Source of the DNA: Ionaspis alba
Taxonomy: Eukaryota
Assembly: GCA_964255285.1 (NCBI GenBank)
Contig: CAXUUL010000037.1
Coordinates: 1 to 50,305, forward strand
Direction: 5' to 3'
Length of the DNA stretch: 50,305 nt
In this document: positions 26,601 through 39,295 of the stretch, piece by piece
How positions within the stretch are numbered: position 1 is the stretch's first letter
Layout of the letters: each line of letters starts with the position of its first letter
Notes under the pieces: generated by a model
Database searches by the model: none
Told to the model about the DNA's origin: nothing
The model's input: only the letters and a program-made list of their open reading frames with translations
Translations under genes and position numbers: made by a program

Positions 26601-29109
26601 TTGAGACTTCCCAACGTGTCTAGACACCTCATGAAGATTAGTGCCGTATTTTGCCACACCTTCTTCGAATCTCTTCAACTCTTCTTTATTGAGCTTGGGT
26701 TCCTTCAAGTCCTTCCGAAGATCGATCATCTTGAGTTGATTTAGAGCGGAGTCGGTGGAGAAGTCGTTCGAGTACAAGAGCTCCAATGCCTTGTCTAGAA
26801 AGTTAGTCGAGTATTCTGGTAGTCCGAGCGATGGGGCAAGCTTCCTGGCATTGTCCATGTATTCATCGACAATCCGTTCTCGATCTGTAGATTGTGACGT
26901 GGTGGAAGGACTGCCGTCGTCCCCTCTTGTAGATGCTTCTCCAACTTCTGGTAACCGGAAGCAAGTCTTCGCGGTATTTGCAGGATCTGTATTCGAATGG
27001 TCGTCGCCACGACATACAAAACCAGGAGGTGCGTCGATCACCCATTTCGGCCTTTTCTCCCGTGCAAGCTTGTCCGCTTCGAGTGCCGCAATGGTTTCTT
27101 TGGAGAGTTTAGCGTCCTTCTTGTGACTGCTACCCTTGACGTATTTCTTCTTGATTTCTGCAGGCTTCACGAGCTCCAAAGGTCGACCATGCCAGACAAT
27201 AATGTTCGCTTGATGACGCGGTCCAAGCCGGGAACTTGCACGAGGATATATTCGATCATCATAGTCTAGAGCATCTTCGACTTTGCAATGTATACCAAGA
27301 TATCGATATGGCCAGAGTCTTGCTTGTGCGAGCTGTTCTGCGGTGGCAGGTCGAGGACCGTTGTCGTCAGTCGGGTCTTCCGGGCTACTGCCGCTTGTAG
27401 GGTTGGAGAGTTGGCCATGCTCGTCCTCCTCCTCATCCAAGAACTCCTCATCATCGCCTTCCAACGCTCGTTCTCCGACTAGAGGAGTATTCCGTGCCTC
27501 TAATTTCCGCTCCTGCTTCCGACTGCACGGGCCACAAGACCAGGCGAAACCACGCGCAGGTTTTTTAAGCAGCGGCGGTCGTACGCAATTCATGTGATAT
27601 GTCTTCTTGCACATGGCACAATCGACAGAGTCATTGCTGCGTTTTCTTAGCATATTACGATAAGATAGTCTGGTGGGAGGTACCAACCTTGCACAGTATC
27701 CAGAACACCGCTTGCAGGACTTAACTGCACTTGTAAGCTCCTTTCCCCGGCCAATCTCAACAATTAGATATTTCCAATGCGCATCAAGCACGGTTTTGAC
27801 TCGTTCAGGAACATTGATAACATCTTCCACCGGGATCACGTCGTAGTAACGGTGTATATAACGATCGTAAATCTGTGAGTAATAGAAACAGTCCTTGAGC
27901 TTGCGATAATCCTCTAGGGATTCGATGCGACTTCTGTGCTGAACCTTGCACTTCCCTCGCAAAGAAGTGAGTGGACAGGTGTCGGAATGCATCGAACCAT
28001 AGACTTGACGAGTGTCGTTAACTTTACGGCCAATATCTCGAGGGCGATAGACCCAATTAATGCGCAATGACTCGATCGGTAGATTGTGGTCGTTCCCGGC
28101 ATGTAAGAACTCCATGATACGAGCAAGGTAATAAGGCTCTCCAGGAGGTTCGCAAACAAGATAGACATGATCTAGAGACAATCAGCAAAACAGGGAGCCG
28201 AGAGAAGTCTGCAGTGCAGTGAAACGACGGTCCCAACATACCGTTCACTTCTAGTCTGGTCCCGTCATCCGCTACGAGCAAGCCATCCTTCAAGAACCCT
28301 TGCGATGACTCGAAAGTCAGCATGTTGGTTTCTCGAGATACCACGTTGGAAGCATTAGGTAGACCAGTTCTTCGCGTTGACGTGGTTGATGATCGACGTT
28401 GTGGCGTGACAGAAGAGGAAGAAGACTGGTTCCCCGGGGCTTTCCTCTTCTTCGACTGAGACGTTGAAGTTTCCGAGTTTACAGAAAATGTAGACATTCC
28501 GGGGATGTAGTCTTTTGATGATATACCGGATCCTTGGACTCCTGCTCTTCCAGTCGACGACCCATTTATTCCAGCTGTCAGCGATCGACGCCCTCCATTA
28601 GTTGATCGTCTTTCGTTCTCGGGAGGTGTGGTGGAAAATGTGGTGACTGGGTCAGTGGAAGCCTTCTTCGCGGATGTCCATTCATAGTCCATATCCAACT
28701 CCCGATCCTCAGCATAGTTCGGCCGATTGTTCACGTTCCGATTCCGTGATCTTGTACCATAGGGAGAAGGTCCCACGGCCTCATTCAAATGTGGAGTCGG
28801 CATAGCAGTTGTGGACGACGAAGATGATGACATTGCTGTCATGGGTTGTGATTCTGCAACAGCGATTATCGTCGCGGCAGGATTTGTTGAAGGGCCTGCA
28901 CCATCGTTCGAGGCTGCTGGTTTGGGTCCCGCAGCAGGCGGCATCCTCTTGGGAGCTACCTCGACAGTCGGTTTGTCATGTTGAATCGTAGATTCTGTTG
29001 GTTGGTTCGATTGCTCGAAGTCTGGTTCATTGATTCTCGAGGAAGATCTACTGGCATCCAGCGGATGACCCGCCGCTTCCATGCCGTCCGATGACATGGA
29101 ATCTTCCAT
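23640..29109 (-). CDS. SNT2: Chromatin-associated E3 ligase/PHD protein Snt2 (BAH, PHD, ELM2, SANT, PHD)
   Basis: DHVYLVCEPPGEPYYLARIMEF (BAH), PHD fingers, RIYPRASSRLGPRHQA (ELM2), SANT FEEGVAKYG...YYMWKKT. Introns 28172-28241 and 27637-27687; first in-frame ATG at 29109. Confidence 0.93.
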
Positions 29110-30152
29110 GGATTGACCGGAGGATGACCGGTCCCCGCTAGGCAGCCGGTGCTCGTGAAGCGCCAAATATCATAGATAGCATCCTACATCAAACAAGATT
29201 ACGAGCCAGACGGTTCAATCGATGTGCTCAGTCGTAGAATTGGTGGTCAGTAATGGGCCAGTTGTGGGTAGAGAGTGGTGGGCTTTCCGCGATGGGGAGC
29301 GGAGCATGAAACTCGATATCAAGAGGAATGTAGTAGACGAGAGGACCAAAATTCGTCGAGCAAGTAATATCGAATCTGCACTGGAAAGGAGGGTAGCAGT
29401 AAGTGGTCCGAGGAAAAGGAAGGTGGTGAGAGCCAGCTATGTAGCTCGCGTGCAGAGGACGGTGACGGAGAGAAAAAGGAAGAAGAACGATGCCATGAGG
29501 CGGAGGGCCTTGTACAGGACCGGGGATGCTTTTCGCGCCTCTACCGCTCAGAGGCTTGCTATTTGCGGCGCCTGCCAACGAACCGTGCTTACATACATAG
29601 TCCTGATCTACGTATCTCGAATTATGATGCGCTGTGTTTTTAGTTAAATTCACTGTTCACAGAACAGATATGAATGGGCTATATCCTATAAGCAAAGGGA
29701 TATCTTCTACTGTGGATCTGTGACATTTACGATGCTTGATAGCGGCTTGCTCGATGCGTTAATCTGGTACAGTCCACCCCTGCCTGGAACCTTTTTGGCC
29801 AGAACATATCAGCAAAAGAAGCACATCTGCCTTTGCAATCGCCACTGGGAACCTTTCCCAGAGCATTCCGTTTCAATATGACCATCCGATTGGCGCCTCT
29901 ACATCATCTTGTGTAATTTCCAATTGGGCCTGACCATGGTAGTCAATGATAGAGGAAGTGGGGATTTGCTCGCTGACGATTGTGCCTTACATAGCATGCG
30001 AGAGTGCATGGTTTGTGTCTAGTGTCTTGGCACGCCTGATAGTTCTTCCGTCCTTTGTCCCTCTTGTTTACTAGACTGCACTCCTTCTCGAGGCATTTCC
30101 TTCGCGCGGGATCGATCGGTGCAGCTTTTGCTCGAAGATCTGCGCGACAAGT

Positions 30153-33100
30153 ATGGCGTCCAATCGATTCCGTACTACAATCGATAATATGAAGACTCAA
30201 ACTTACAGTATCCACTCCACACTTGGTGTAAAGCGCGTGCATGATGCAAACAGCCTGGAAAACGGAGCTGATACTGATGCTCATGCCAGATCCCGTGCAT
30301 TGGGCGAGGTTTCTGGAAACCTGCAAAATGGATTCAAGCGCCCTCGCCTAGATGATGCTAGATCTGAGAGCCGTCTAAAGGCCAGCGAGGTCAGAACTGT
30401 CGGAGTTACTCTGCAGGACGGGTCATCCGAATATACTCAGCGCAAGACGATGGCTTCCACGCCAAATTCTTCTCAAAATCCTCTTCTTTCTCTAAAGCAT
30501 TCTCGTTATGGCTTACCACTGGCTTTGGTAGAAAATTTTGCCTCTCTCGGCATCAACAGCATTTATCCGTGGCAGTCTTCCTGTTTGCTTGGTCGTGGAC
30601 TACTCACAGGTGAAAAGAATCTTGTGTATACCGCACCAACAGGAGGTGGGAAGTCTCTTGTAGCAGATGTTCTGATGCTCAAACGAGCAATTGAACATAA
30701 GAAAGCTATACTAGTACTTCCATATGTTGCTCTTGTGCAGGAAAAGCTGAAATGGCTTCGACAAGCCGTAGAGGGTGTCGAGAAGGCCATCCCTTTCTCG
30801 GGCCAACATCAGTATTCGGTACATTCAAGGTTTCGCACCACGAACGATCATCGTCCGATAAGAGTTGTTGGATATTTTGGCGGCAGCAAAGCTCGAACAG
30901 AGTGGGCTGATATGGATATCGCAGTTTGCACAATTGAAAAGGCGAGAAACCGTTCCAGCTAGTTTCAGTTCAATATCTGATCGAAAATAGGCCAATACTA
31001 TAATCAATACAGCCATCGAAGAGGGCGATATTCACGAGCTTGGTATCCTTGTCCTCGATGAGTTACACATGATCGACGATGGCCATCGTGGCTACATCAT
31101 GGAGCTTATGGCAACAAAATTGCTTAGTATGGGCGAGGGGTTGCAAGTGGTTGGCATGAGCGCCACATTCTCGGTAGATTTAGGGACGTCAATGTCTAGC
31201 ACAACTTTTGCTAACGCCTCTTTCCAGAATATTGAGATCCTAGCAAAATGGCTCGATGCAAAGTACTATGAGTCGAAATATAGGCCGATTCCGGTCCAAG
31301 AGTTCCTGGTCTGCGATAACTCTGCCTACTCTATCTCGACTTCTGGCGGGTTGTTTCGAGCGACGAGCCAGCTCACTTCCACCCAGCTTACTTCGACTGT
31401 TCCCCCACAGCGAACCATCGAGCCTTCGGAGTACATAGAGTTGCAACGGCCTGTGCTCAACTCGGTCGTGGCTCTCGCAGTGGAGACGTTCAGAGCCGGG
31501 TATGGAGCTCTAGTCTTTTGCAGCAGTCGAGCGGGCTGTCAAGCAACGGCTTCTTTAATCTGTGAAGCAATGCCGACGCGACAAGAGGTCGATCAGAACA
31601 CGCTGAGTCGACGTATAGAAGTTCTTACAAGCTTAAGAAGCATCGGAGCTCTAGATGAAGTTCTGTCCAAAACCATTGTCCAAGGAGTTGCATTCCACCG
31701 TGAGTCTTCTGATCTCTACATGTGCGCCTGTTTCATACTCAGTTCAGAGACATTAGATGCTGGTTTGACGACCGAGGAAAGAAATATAATCGCAGATGCG
31801 TACGACCAAGGAATAGTAAAAATCATCGTCGCCACCTGTAGTCTTGCCGCTGGAATCAACCTGCCAGCGAGGAGGGTCATCCTCCAAGGCGCAAGAATGG
31901 GACGAGATCTGATCGGACCAGCCATGCTGTGAGATATCTTCTCCAGCCCGTGTTCTGGTGGGCTTCGACTGACCTATCTAGCCGACAAATGAGAGGTAGA
32001 GCCGGTCGGAAAGGCAAGGACGAGCTTGGAGAGAGCTTTGTTTGTTGCCAGAAAGAGGACCTTGATACGGTTCTAGAACTGCTGGTGGCGGACCTACCAC
32101 ACATAGGTAGTTGTTTGGCACCGGAGAAACGTGGAATCAAGAGGTAGACACATTACGATCTGAACATCATAGTGCATGCTGACTTGTATAGAGCATTACT
32201 GGAGGTCATTGCAGTCCGTCTTGCCACACATAGGGACGCTGTTGAGGACTACGTTCGGCGAACACTATTATACCACACATTGGACTCAAAAGACTTGAAT
32301 GATATGGTCGAGACAACGATTGATGATCTCGAAGGAACAAAGCTCATCACTGTGGACTGTGACGGGGCCTACGAGGCCACGCTCTTAGGCCAAGCAATAG
32401 TGACATCTTCTTTGGATCCAGCAGACGGCCTCTTTGTTCATTCAGAATTAGAACGAGCGCTTCGAGCATTTGTCATGGATGGAGAGATGCATATCTTCTA
32501 TATGTTTACACCGGTCCACCAAACGGGACTCGGAGACGTGAACTGGCCCATTTTCCGGAAAGAAGTAGACCGTCTGGATGAAAGTGGACTTCGAGTGCTA
32601 CAGTTCTGTGGTATCAGCCCTGGTTTTGTGAATCGAATGTATGTACGGACTTTCTCCTATAACAACCGAAGCTTATCGTGTCCAGGGCAAATAGTGCGCA
32701 GGTCTTACCAGGGGACACGCCACAAGAGATTGAGAAAGCTCGCAGATATCGGCGATTCTATGCCGCGTTTCAATTACGTGATCTGTGCAACGAAATCCCA
32801 ATCCACGCCGTCGCTCGCAAATATGATATGCCACGAGGATATGTACAAACACTTTCACAGACCTGTGAGGGCTTCGCGGCAGGCATGATCAAGTTCTGTG
32901 AGCGTATGGGTTGGGGCATGTTGCACAGCGTCCTAGAACACATGAGGGACAGACTGAAAGCTGGAGCAAAGGCGGATCTCCTAGATCTTGCCAAAATCCC
33001 TTTTGTGAAGAGCCGGACAGCTCGCATCTTTTGGGAGAATGGCATGAAAAGCCTCCGAGCAGTTGCTCAGGCGGAGCCAAAAGACCTGGTGCCCATCTTA

Positions 33101-33250
33101 CTGCAGGCTCAGCCGAAAAAGTGGAAGATGAACGGGGATGAGGAAGCCAAGTATCAGCAGAAGCTGATGATGAGAGCTGAGATTATCGTCTCTACGGCGA
33201 ATCGGATATGGGAACGGCAGCAGCTTGTAGACGTAGAATCTGATATTTGA
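30153..33250 (+). CDS. Ski2-like DNA helicase of the HELQ/POLQ-helicase family (no polymerase domain)
   Basis: YTAPTGGGKSLVA, TIEK/AN, DELHM, GMSAT, YRPIP, VAFHHAGL, SLAAGINLPARRV, QMRGRAGRKG and C-terminal HhH IPFVKSRTAR; 6 introns, the first GC-AG. Confidence 0.9.
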
Positions 33251-33747
33251 GGAGTGAAGTTTGCGAGATTGACATCTCCAAGACATAATGATACACTGTG
33301 GCTCTCTTCAGCTACTCGTGTACTTACATGCTCATAAGGCTAGCCTTACCTTCCACCTCCTCTACACCCCCAACTGCATTTGGAACTACGATAGCCTCCA
33401 TGATGAGTTGTGTTCAACCAGTCCTACCAGTGTTTCCCCTGTATTCCTCGATCTCTATACATCTAGAGCAGTCTAGCTGCAGTCGGTGAGGACTCCCTCC
33501 AGTCGTATATGATGTTCGTGGCCTTGTGCGTTACAGAGAGGTCTTCCCCAGTAGCAACTGCTACCTTCTGCTAAGGGTCCAATGTCCCTTTACCAATCAC
33601 TTGCGGCAACCGCCCCCTTCTGCGGCGCGAAAAGGTCATGACTGCCGTTTGGGATGAGCGTAAGGGTAGCGCAAGATTCCCATCGTTCTGACTTCCCACT
33701 TCAACATCAAATGTTGAAGAGCCTTCCCTATTCTCATTATCCACTAG

Positions 33748-35662
33748 CAACTATCCTTTGCGAGGTTTTGCCACCTAAGTCTTTCCTTTCTTGCTATCAC
33801 TGCCTTCGCTATTTCGGGCGTTGGCAAGCATTCTGGGTGCTGCGAAAGAGCGCTCGAGGCAAAGGCTTATGAGCAGACGGGGACGCCCCCAGAAGACTAC
33901 AGTTGTGGACAAAAGTACGAGGATGGTCTAAAGGCTGCGCCTCCTTTGTGGGTTTCATCGGGATGGTACTCTGAGAACTGTCCAGCGTGGACGCCTGCTA
34001 CACTCGACGATACATCCAATTGGTCCGGAACTCTGACCCAATATATCCTTCTGTTAATACTCTTCACCATAAACATGCCTAGACAGTATGTGACCCCCGA
34101 GCTTGGCCTTGTGCTGGACCTTGAAATTGGTACATGGGCAAACGTGGCCGCCGTGCTTCCCTGTTCAGGGAATCCAGACTGGTGTCCAATACGGGCGGCT
34201 GTAGAGCTCCTGGTCCTCGTGGGGTCTTTCGTCCGGGCCGTACTTTTGCCCCTACCGGCGGCCGCCTAGATTTCATTGATCATGTGGTCTGGGTGCTTAC
34301 TGTCTTTGCTGGTGCCGGACCAATGCTGTACAGTGGCCCGCAGGAGATCCTGATCGATTGCACAATATTGGGTCTAATCAAGATGACGACTACTGTTGAT
34401 GGCCTTCTGTCATACAGTCTTAGTCGAGAGCATCGGGTTGATCTTATGGTCGTCATGCTTGCCGGAAATCTACGTTGGGCGAAGAATTGTGGCGAAACCT
34501 CCGTGGCGCCTTCCCAGTCTCAAACCAGCCTCAGGAGCCTTTGAATGCAACACAAGCGCGCCTCCTATCAATGCTTGATTCGCAGAGTAGTTTTGGGTAC
34601 GCGGTGGGTGCTGCCACCTTATTCTATCCTGGAAATTTCTCCTATGCGACTTTCGAATTATCACAAAGACCAGGTGATGGAGAGTTTGGGCGTTCCCTAA
34701 CTCTCGGTACATGGTGGATGGTAATTATTCTGGTTGTGGGAGCGAGCGGGTGCCATCTTGCAAACAACAATCCAACCGCCAGCTCCGCGATCATCGGCAT
34801 AAAAGCGGAGAATCCTAGATCATGGCCTCGGGGCGTGCTCCTCCCAGCGCGAACTGCCTATGCATTGCCATTGCAGCCGGTCACTCTCTGGAGTAGAGGG
34901 TCTTGCAAAAAAGCCAGGCTGAAGCATAGCATTGCAATTTGTGGCATAGGAGATGTTATGGACCTCCACCAGATACAAAAGCTATGTCAATGGCGGGCGG
35001 GCGCCCTCGCCGTCTTCCTGCTTGCATAACCCAACGTGTCTTCTATGATTGTAGCTTTCGAGCACTATGGTCTGAACTGTGTCTTTGCGAGCATTTTGAG
35101 CTACTTTGTACTGCAACTCGGTCATATCCTTATCACTGCATGCCGGGACTCACAATTCTTAGGCTCTTGGACCGAGTGGTGGGGTCACCCCGAACGCCAG
35201 TGGTACAAGTATTTTTTTACTGGATTTGTTGTTCTCTTAGTTATTTCTTGTCTTACGAGCTCTATTGCGACGATATTACAGATCACAGGGGTCTTCCGGA
35301 ATTGTTGGTGCTTCTCTGAATCTCGGAATGTTGTGAGAGTGGTATCACTTGCTAGGGACACTCAGACCAGGAGAGATAACAGTAGGAAGTGGGCTCCAAT
35401 TGCATATGCTGCAATTGGATTGACGGGAGTGGTGTGCTATCTAGGATGGCAATTCGTGAAGCAGATTGACGAACTGGCCGTCATGCATCCAGTCCAAGTA
35501 TTTAGCAATACGTGCCTCGATAATCGAAGACGGCTGCGAGCTTCAAGACCTGAGCTCGTACTGCCGCTGGTAGAGCTCGAGCCTCAACCAGAGGTAGGTT
35601 CGGCACCGGCAGGAAATGGTACGTTGCGGAGGAGGTCTCCAGGTGCACGTGTAGAGACATGA
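33748..35662 (+). pseudogene. Disrupted gene for an uncharacterised multi-pass membrane protein
   Basis: Coherent hydrophobic protein spread over three frames: no in-frame ATG before the signal-peptide-like start, frameshifts near ~34240-34270 and ~34470, and in-frame TAA at 35027-35029; no canonical introns explain the breaks. Confidence 0.7.
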
Positions 35663-36263
35663 ATCTCACTTTAATTTACATGCTCAATCTCAATTCCGCA
35701 TACAGCTCAACAGGGACTATTCAGTGCAACCGTGAAAATAATAGAGTCACATGGTACAGACTCTGAGCTGGAAGATCACCAGGGTTGACTGCTCGCTTGA
35801 CCAGTTTTGAGAGACTCTAGTTGGGAATCATGGTTGGTGGACTTGCTGGACACTATTATTCCAGAGTAAGGAGGTCGACTATCTACTGTGTGAAATGTCG
35901 ACGTAGCCATTTCTGACCTGGGAGATCGCCTCGCGACGACAATGGTTGCTTACGAATGGGTGTTGTAATGCAATAATAATGTAGTTGGGTGTCAGGGGTA
36001 TCTAAGCATGCGGGCCGGGAGATCGAGCCTGCTGACAAGAGTCGCATAAGAAGTAGAGTAAGCATTAGTAACCTGGCCCTTGCATAGAGTACCTCGCTTC
36101 GCGGGGTTGGAGGGGCATGAGTGACGTTCAAATAGAATCATAAATTCCCCAATGCCCATAATCCTTTTCTCATCTACATCTTCACCATCTTCAATCAAAG
36201 GTCTCTGCATACTCGACACTGCTTTGGTTGATCTACATCCTACCCTCTACACATCTGGTCGCC

Positions 36264-37095
36264 ATGGCTCCCAAGATCGCTATCATCTACGTTGGTTCCC
36301 TCCCGTCTCTATTTCGCCGAGTCCATGGGACTCCCACCCACACGACTTCCACCATTGGCAATGCTGACAGAGTTGTTCCTAGTACTCCATGTACGGCCAT
36401 ATTGGCAAACTAGCCGAAGCCGAGAAAGCTGGCATCGAGTCTGCTGGCGGAAAGGTCGACTTGTACCAGTAAGTGGCCATGGAAAATCTCCCTTTTCATT
36501 CCGTCTCAAATAACAGCCAACTGACCCCAAGCGTTCACCAGAGTCAAGGAAACCCTTCCCCAAGAAATCCTCACCAAGATGCATGCCCCAGGCCAAAATG
36601 AATCCATCCCATTCATCACCCCTGACAAGCTCAAGGAATACGACGCCTTCCTCCTCGGCATTCCAACCCGGTACGGTAACTTCCCAGCCCAATGGAAAAC
36701 ATTCTGGGATCAGACTGGTCAGCTCTGGGCGCAGGGCAGCCTCATCGGCAAATACGCTGGTGTTTTCATCTCAACGGCCAGCGTAGGTGGTGGACAGGAG
36801 AGCACAGCCATTGCGGCCATGAGCACCCTCGCCCATCACGGGATCAATTACGTGCCATTAGGATACGGCGAAGCTTTTCCCATCCTTGCCAACCTCGAAG
36901 AAGTCCGAGGAGGTAGCCCATGGGGTGCCGGAACTTTCGCAGTCGGTCCCAGCTAGCCATCCATGCATCGAGTACGTGCTGACCGGTGTTCAGGGTGGTG
37001 ACGGAAGCCGAATGCCAACCGACCTGGAGCTCAAGCTTGCCACTTACCAGGGCAAGTCTTTCTACGAGCGTGTCTCGCGTGTCAACTTCTCGTGA
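36264..37095 (+). CDS. Flavodoxin-like NAD(P)H:quinone oxidoreductase (WrbA/Pst2/Ycp4 family), 204 aa
   Basis: Exons 36264-36290, 36383-36468, 36542-36941, 36994-37095. [41 protein letters not shown] and DGSRMPT; ends RVNFS-TGA. Confidence 0.95.
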
Positions 37096-37314
37096 CTAGA
37101 TGGTGGAGCTCCGGCTGGTGAGCAGGATACACGAAAGCCGGCTGAAACTTCACCCACGGCTCCGAGGGTAGGTGCAATAAATGGAGTAACGGATGGGACG
37201 AGAAGTACGGACGCTCCTGCTGCCGGAAAGCCGACAACCCCACTACAAACTTCAGGAGAGGAGCAGAAACCAAGCGGTCCATGTGGGCTGCCCGTGAAGT
37301 GTGTAATCTTATAA
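37093..37314 (+). other. Putative stop-codon readthrough extension ending in a CaaX motif
   Basis: TGA-CTAG followed by 72 sense codons in frame, ending ...GPCGLPVKCVIL-TAA (37312-37314). Confidence 0.8.
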
Positions 37315-37740
37315 TCCTATCTTCTCGCATGGCCAATCTCACGGCATTGGAAATCGGTTAATGCATGCATTGTAACGTTTGAATACACTGATTGTGCCGA
37401 GAGGTCGTGGGATGATTTAGCGTTTTGATGATTTCATTGCTCATTGCTTCTATTACCGTGGTTTGCTTCCCGCCCATCAGCGTAAATACTTCGCCTGTCA
37501 GAAAGCCCGAAACATACCTTTTATATCCTTGCCAAGCTCAAAGTTTCCCTGTCGTCCTCTTGAAAGATGCCGTTCATGACAAACACCCAGTTCATGAATG
37601 GCCCGGCTCCAAATTGCTTCGAGCTTACAACTCCAGGCCCCTAGACTCCCCACAAAAAACCATGCTCCGTCATTCGTGTCCAATTGAAATATAAGTCGCG
37701 CAAGCAATTGTAACGCGTCTGTGACGTGTCCGTATAATCT

Positions 37741-38866
37741 TCAAGCCGTCGTATGCGCGACCAGCTCTGTATAAACAGTATCATTCAGCTTCCCCACGAA
37801 GCTGAGGGCCATCTCCACGACCTTCCGACCTTTCAACGCCGGAAACGATCTCAGTAACTTTCCAGGACTCTTCTCTGCTAGCAAGTCCTCTCGCATCAGA
37901 ATCAACTGCGCCACGATAGCCAATACATTCAGGTGAACCCCGTAGGCGAAGAGAAAGTCCCAAAGCAGCAACACTTCTGGTAGTGGGGGCGTGCAAGCGC
38001 ATAACGTCAGAACGGAAGGAAAGGCGTAGATCGACGCTGACAGATTCGAGGCGTCTAGGTGCGCGGCTAGTTTTGGATCTATGAGCGAGAGCGATTTGTC
38101 GACCAGGGCAAGTCCGGCATGTACACCGCTTAGAGTAGGGGTAATGTAGGCGGGGAGATGTGCTTTCAGAAGTCGGTATGCCATTGCGTAAGCCTCTGTT
38201 TCCGATCTGGCGGCGTAGAGGAGAGGAGCGCCCAATACGTTCATGCCTTGGACGTAAGTCGTCGATGCCATGGCTGATACTGGGGCCATATCGAGCGATG
38301 GAGAGGGTGCCGTGGTCTCGATGAGGGTCCAGGCGAGGGCGTTCAGAAGGCGGATCAGAGAGGCCTCTGACACACGACGTTTGAAAAGCGGATCTGTGGC
38401 GAGTGTACGAAATGTGTCGTTTCGGATCTTGGAATAAGCGGGGGAGGCGCCCCGCCGAATGATTTCGAGGTATTTGTCTGTTGATATTGGCGGGACACCA
38501 AGGAGGATACTCCAGACGTATATACGTTGGGCAGACTGAAGAAGGATGAGCGAGGTTGCAGTCCAGCTGGGTCAAGAGTTGCTTTACCATTCCATCACTG
38601 TCTTGTTCCACGCCATCTAGAACAATAGCTTTGCGGATCCTGTCCATACTCCCCGCGATATCACCTTGAGGGCCGTTGCGGATGAAAATATCGATGTCTG
38701 ACAGGTTTGAGCTTTGATGATGAAGCGGTGGACGGGTAGGCATTGTCTGCTGGGAGGTCAATGCTTGGGTAGATTGGGGTCTTCGAAGTGTTCTCGTCGT
38801 GGTGGCGGCTGTCGATAGTGGAGGAAGATGAGGAGGAGGCCGACGAGTTGGAGATAGAGTGGTCAT
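37741..38866 (-). CDS. BUB2: Mitotic exit/septation GAP with TBC domain (Bub2/Cdc16)
   Basis: Intron 38536-38587. RIYVWSILL, KIRNDTFRTLATD, LIRLLNA, YVQGMNVL, IYAFPSVLTLCACTPPL and LWDFLFAYG. Confidence 0.92.
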
Positions 38867-38983
38867 AATTCGCAAAGAGAATCATAAGATTGGTCAAATT
38901 GAGCCCTCAGATTCCGCAAATCTTTCTACAATGCTGGCGCTTACGACACAAAAACCGAATCTCCTCAGTAGACACCGAAGAAA

Positions 38984-39010
38984 GCGCGTTGAGAGATTAG
39001 CTACACGCGT
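38984..39010. promoter_or_regulatory. MCB-like elements in the BUB2 / HhH-gene divergent promoter
   Basis: GCGCGT near 38984 and ACGCGT 39005-39010. Confidence 0.4.
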
Positions 39011-39295
39011 GGCCGAGCTAATGCACGATTCCACCCGAAATCCGCGCCAAGCATGTTTTGCAGACTGTTGTGAGGTCATAAATGTTTGGAAGGTCGCCTC
39101 GACGACTACAACATTGACTTTCTATACATCTTCAATGATCTTCGTGAATAATATTGATACCAGAGCTCTCAAGTTTACTACAAAGATATTCGTCATGCTT
39201 TCTTGATAAGATCGATTTCATCTTGCCTGACCATAACGCAAATCCGACCAACCACGGGACACAAACCAATTCCTCCAAGACGGTCTCACACAAAC

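Noticed and set aside
37096..37100. CTAG after the quinone reductase stop as an alternative 3' splice site reaching the CaaX tail
   Set aside because: Splicing from the 36942 donor to this AG enters a different frame that stops early, so it does not explain the CVIL extension.
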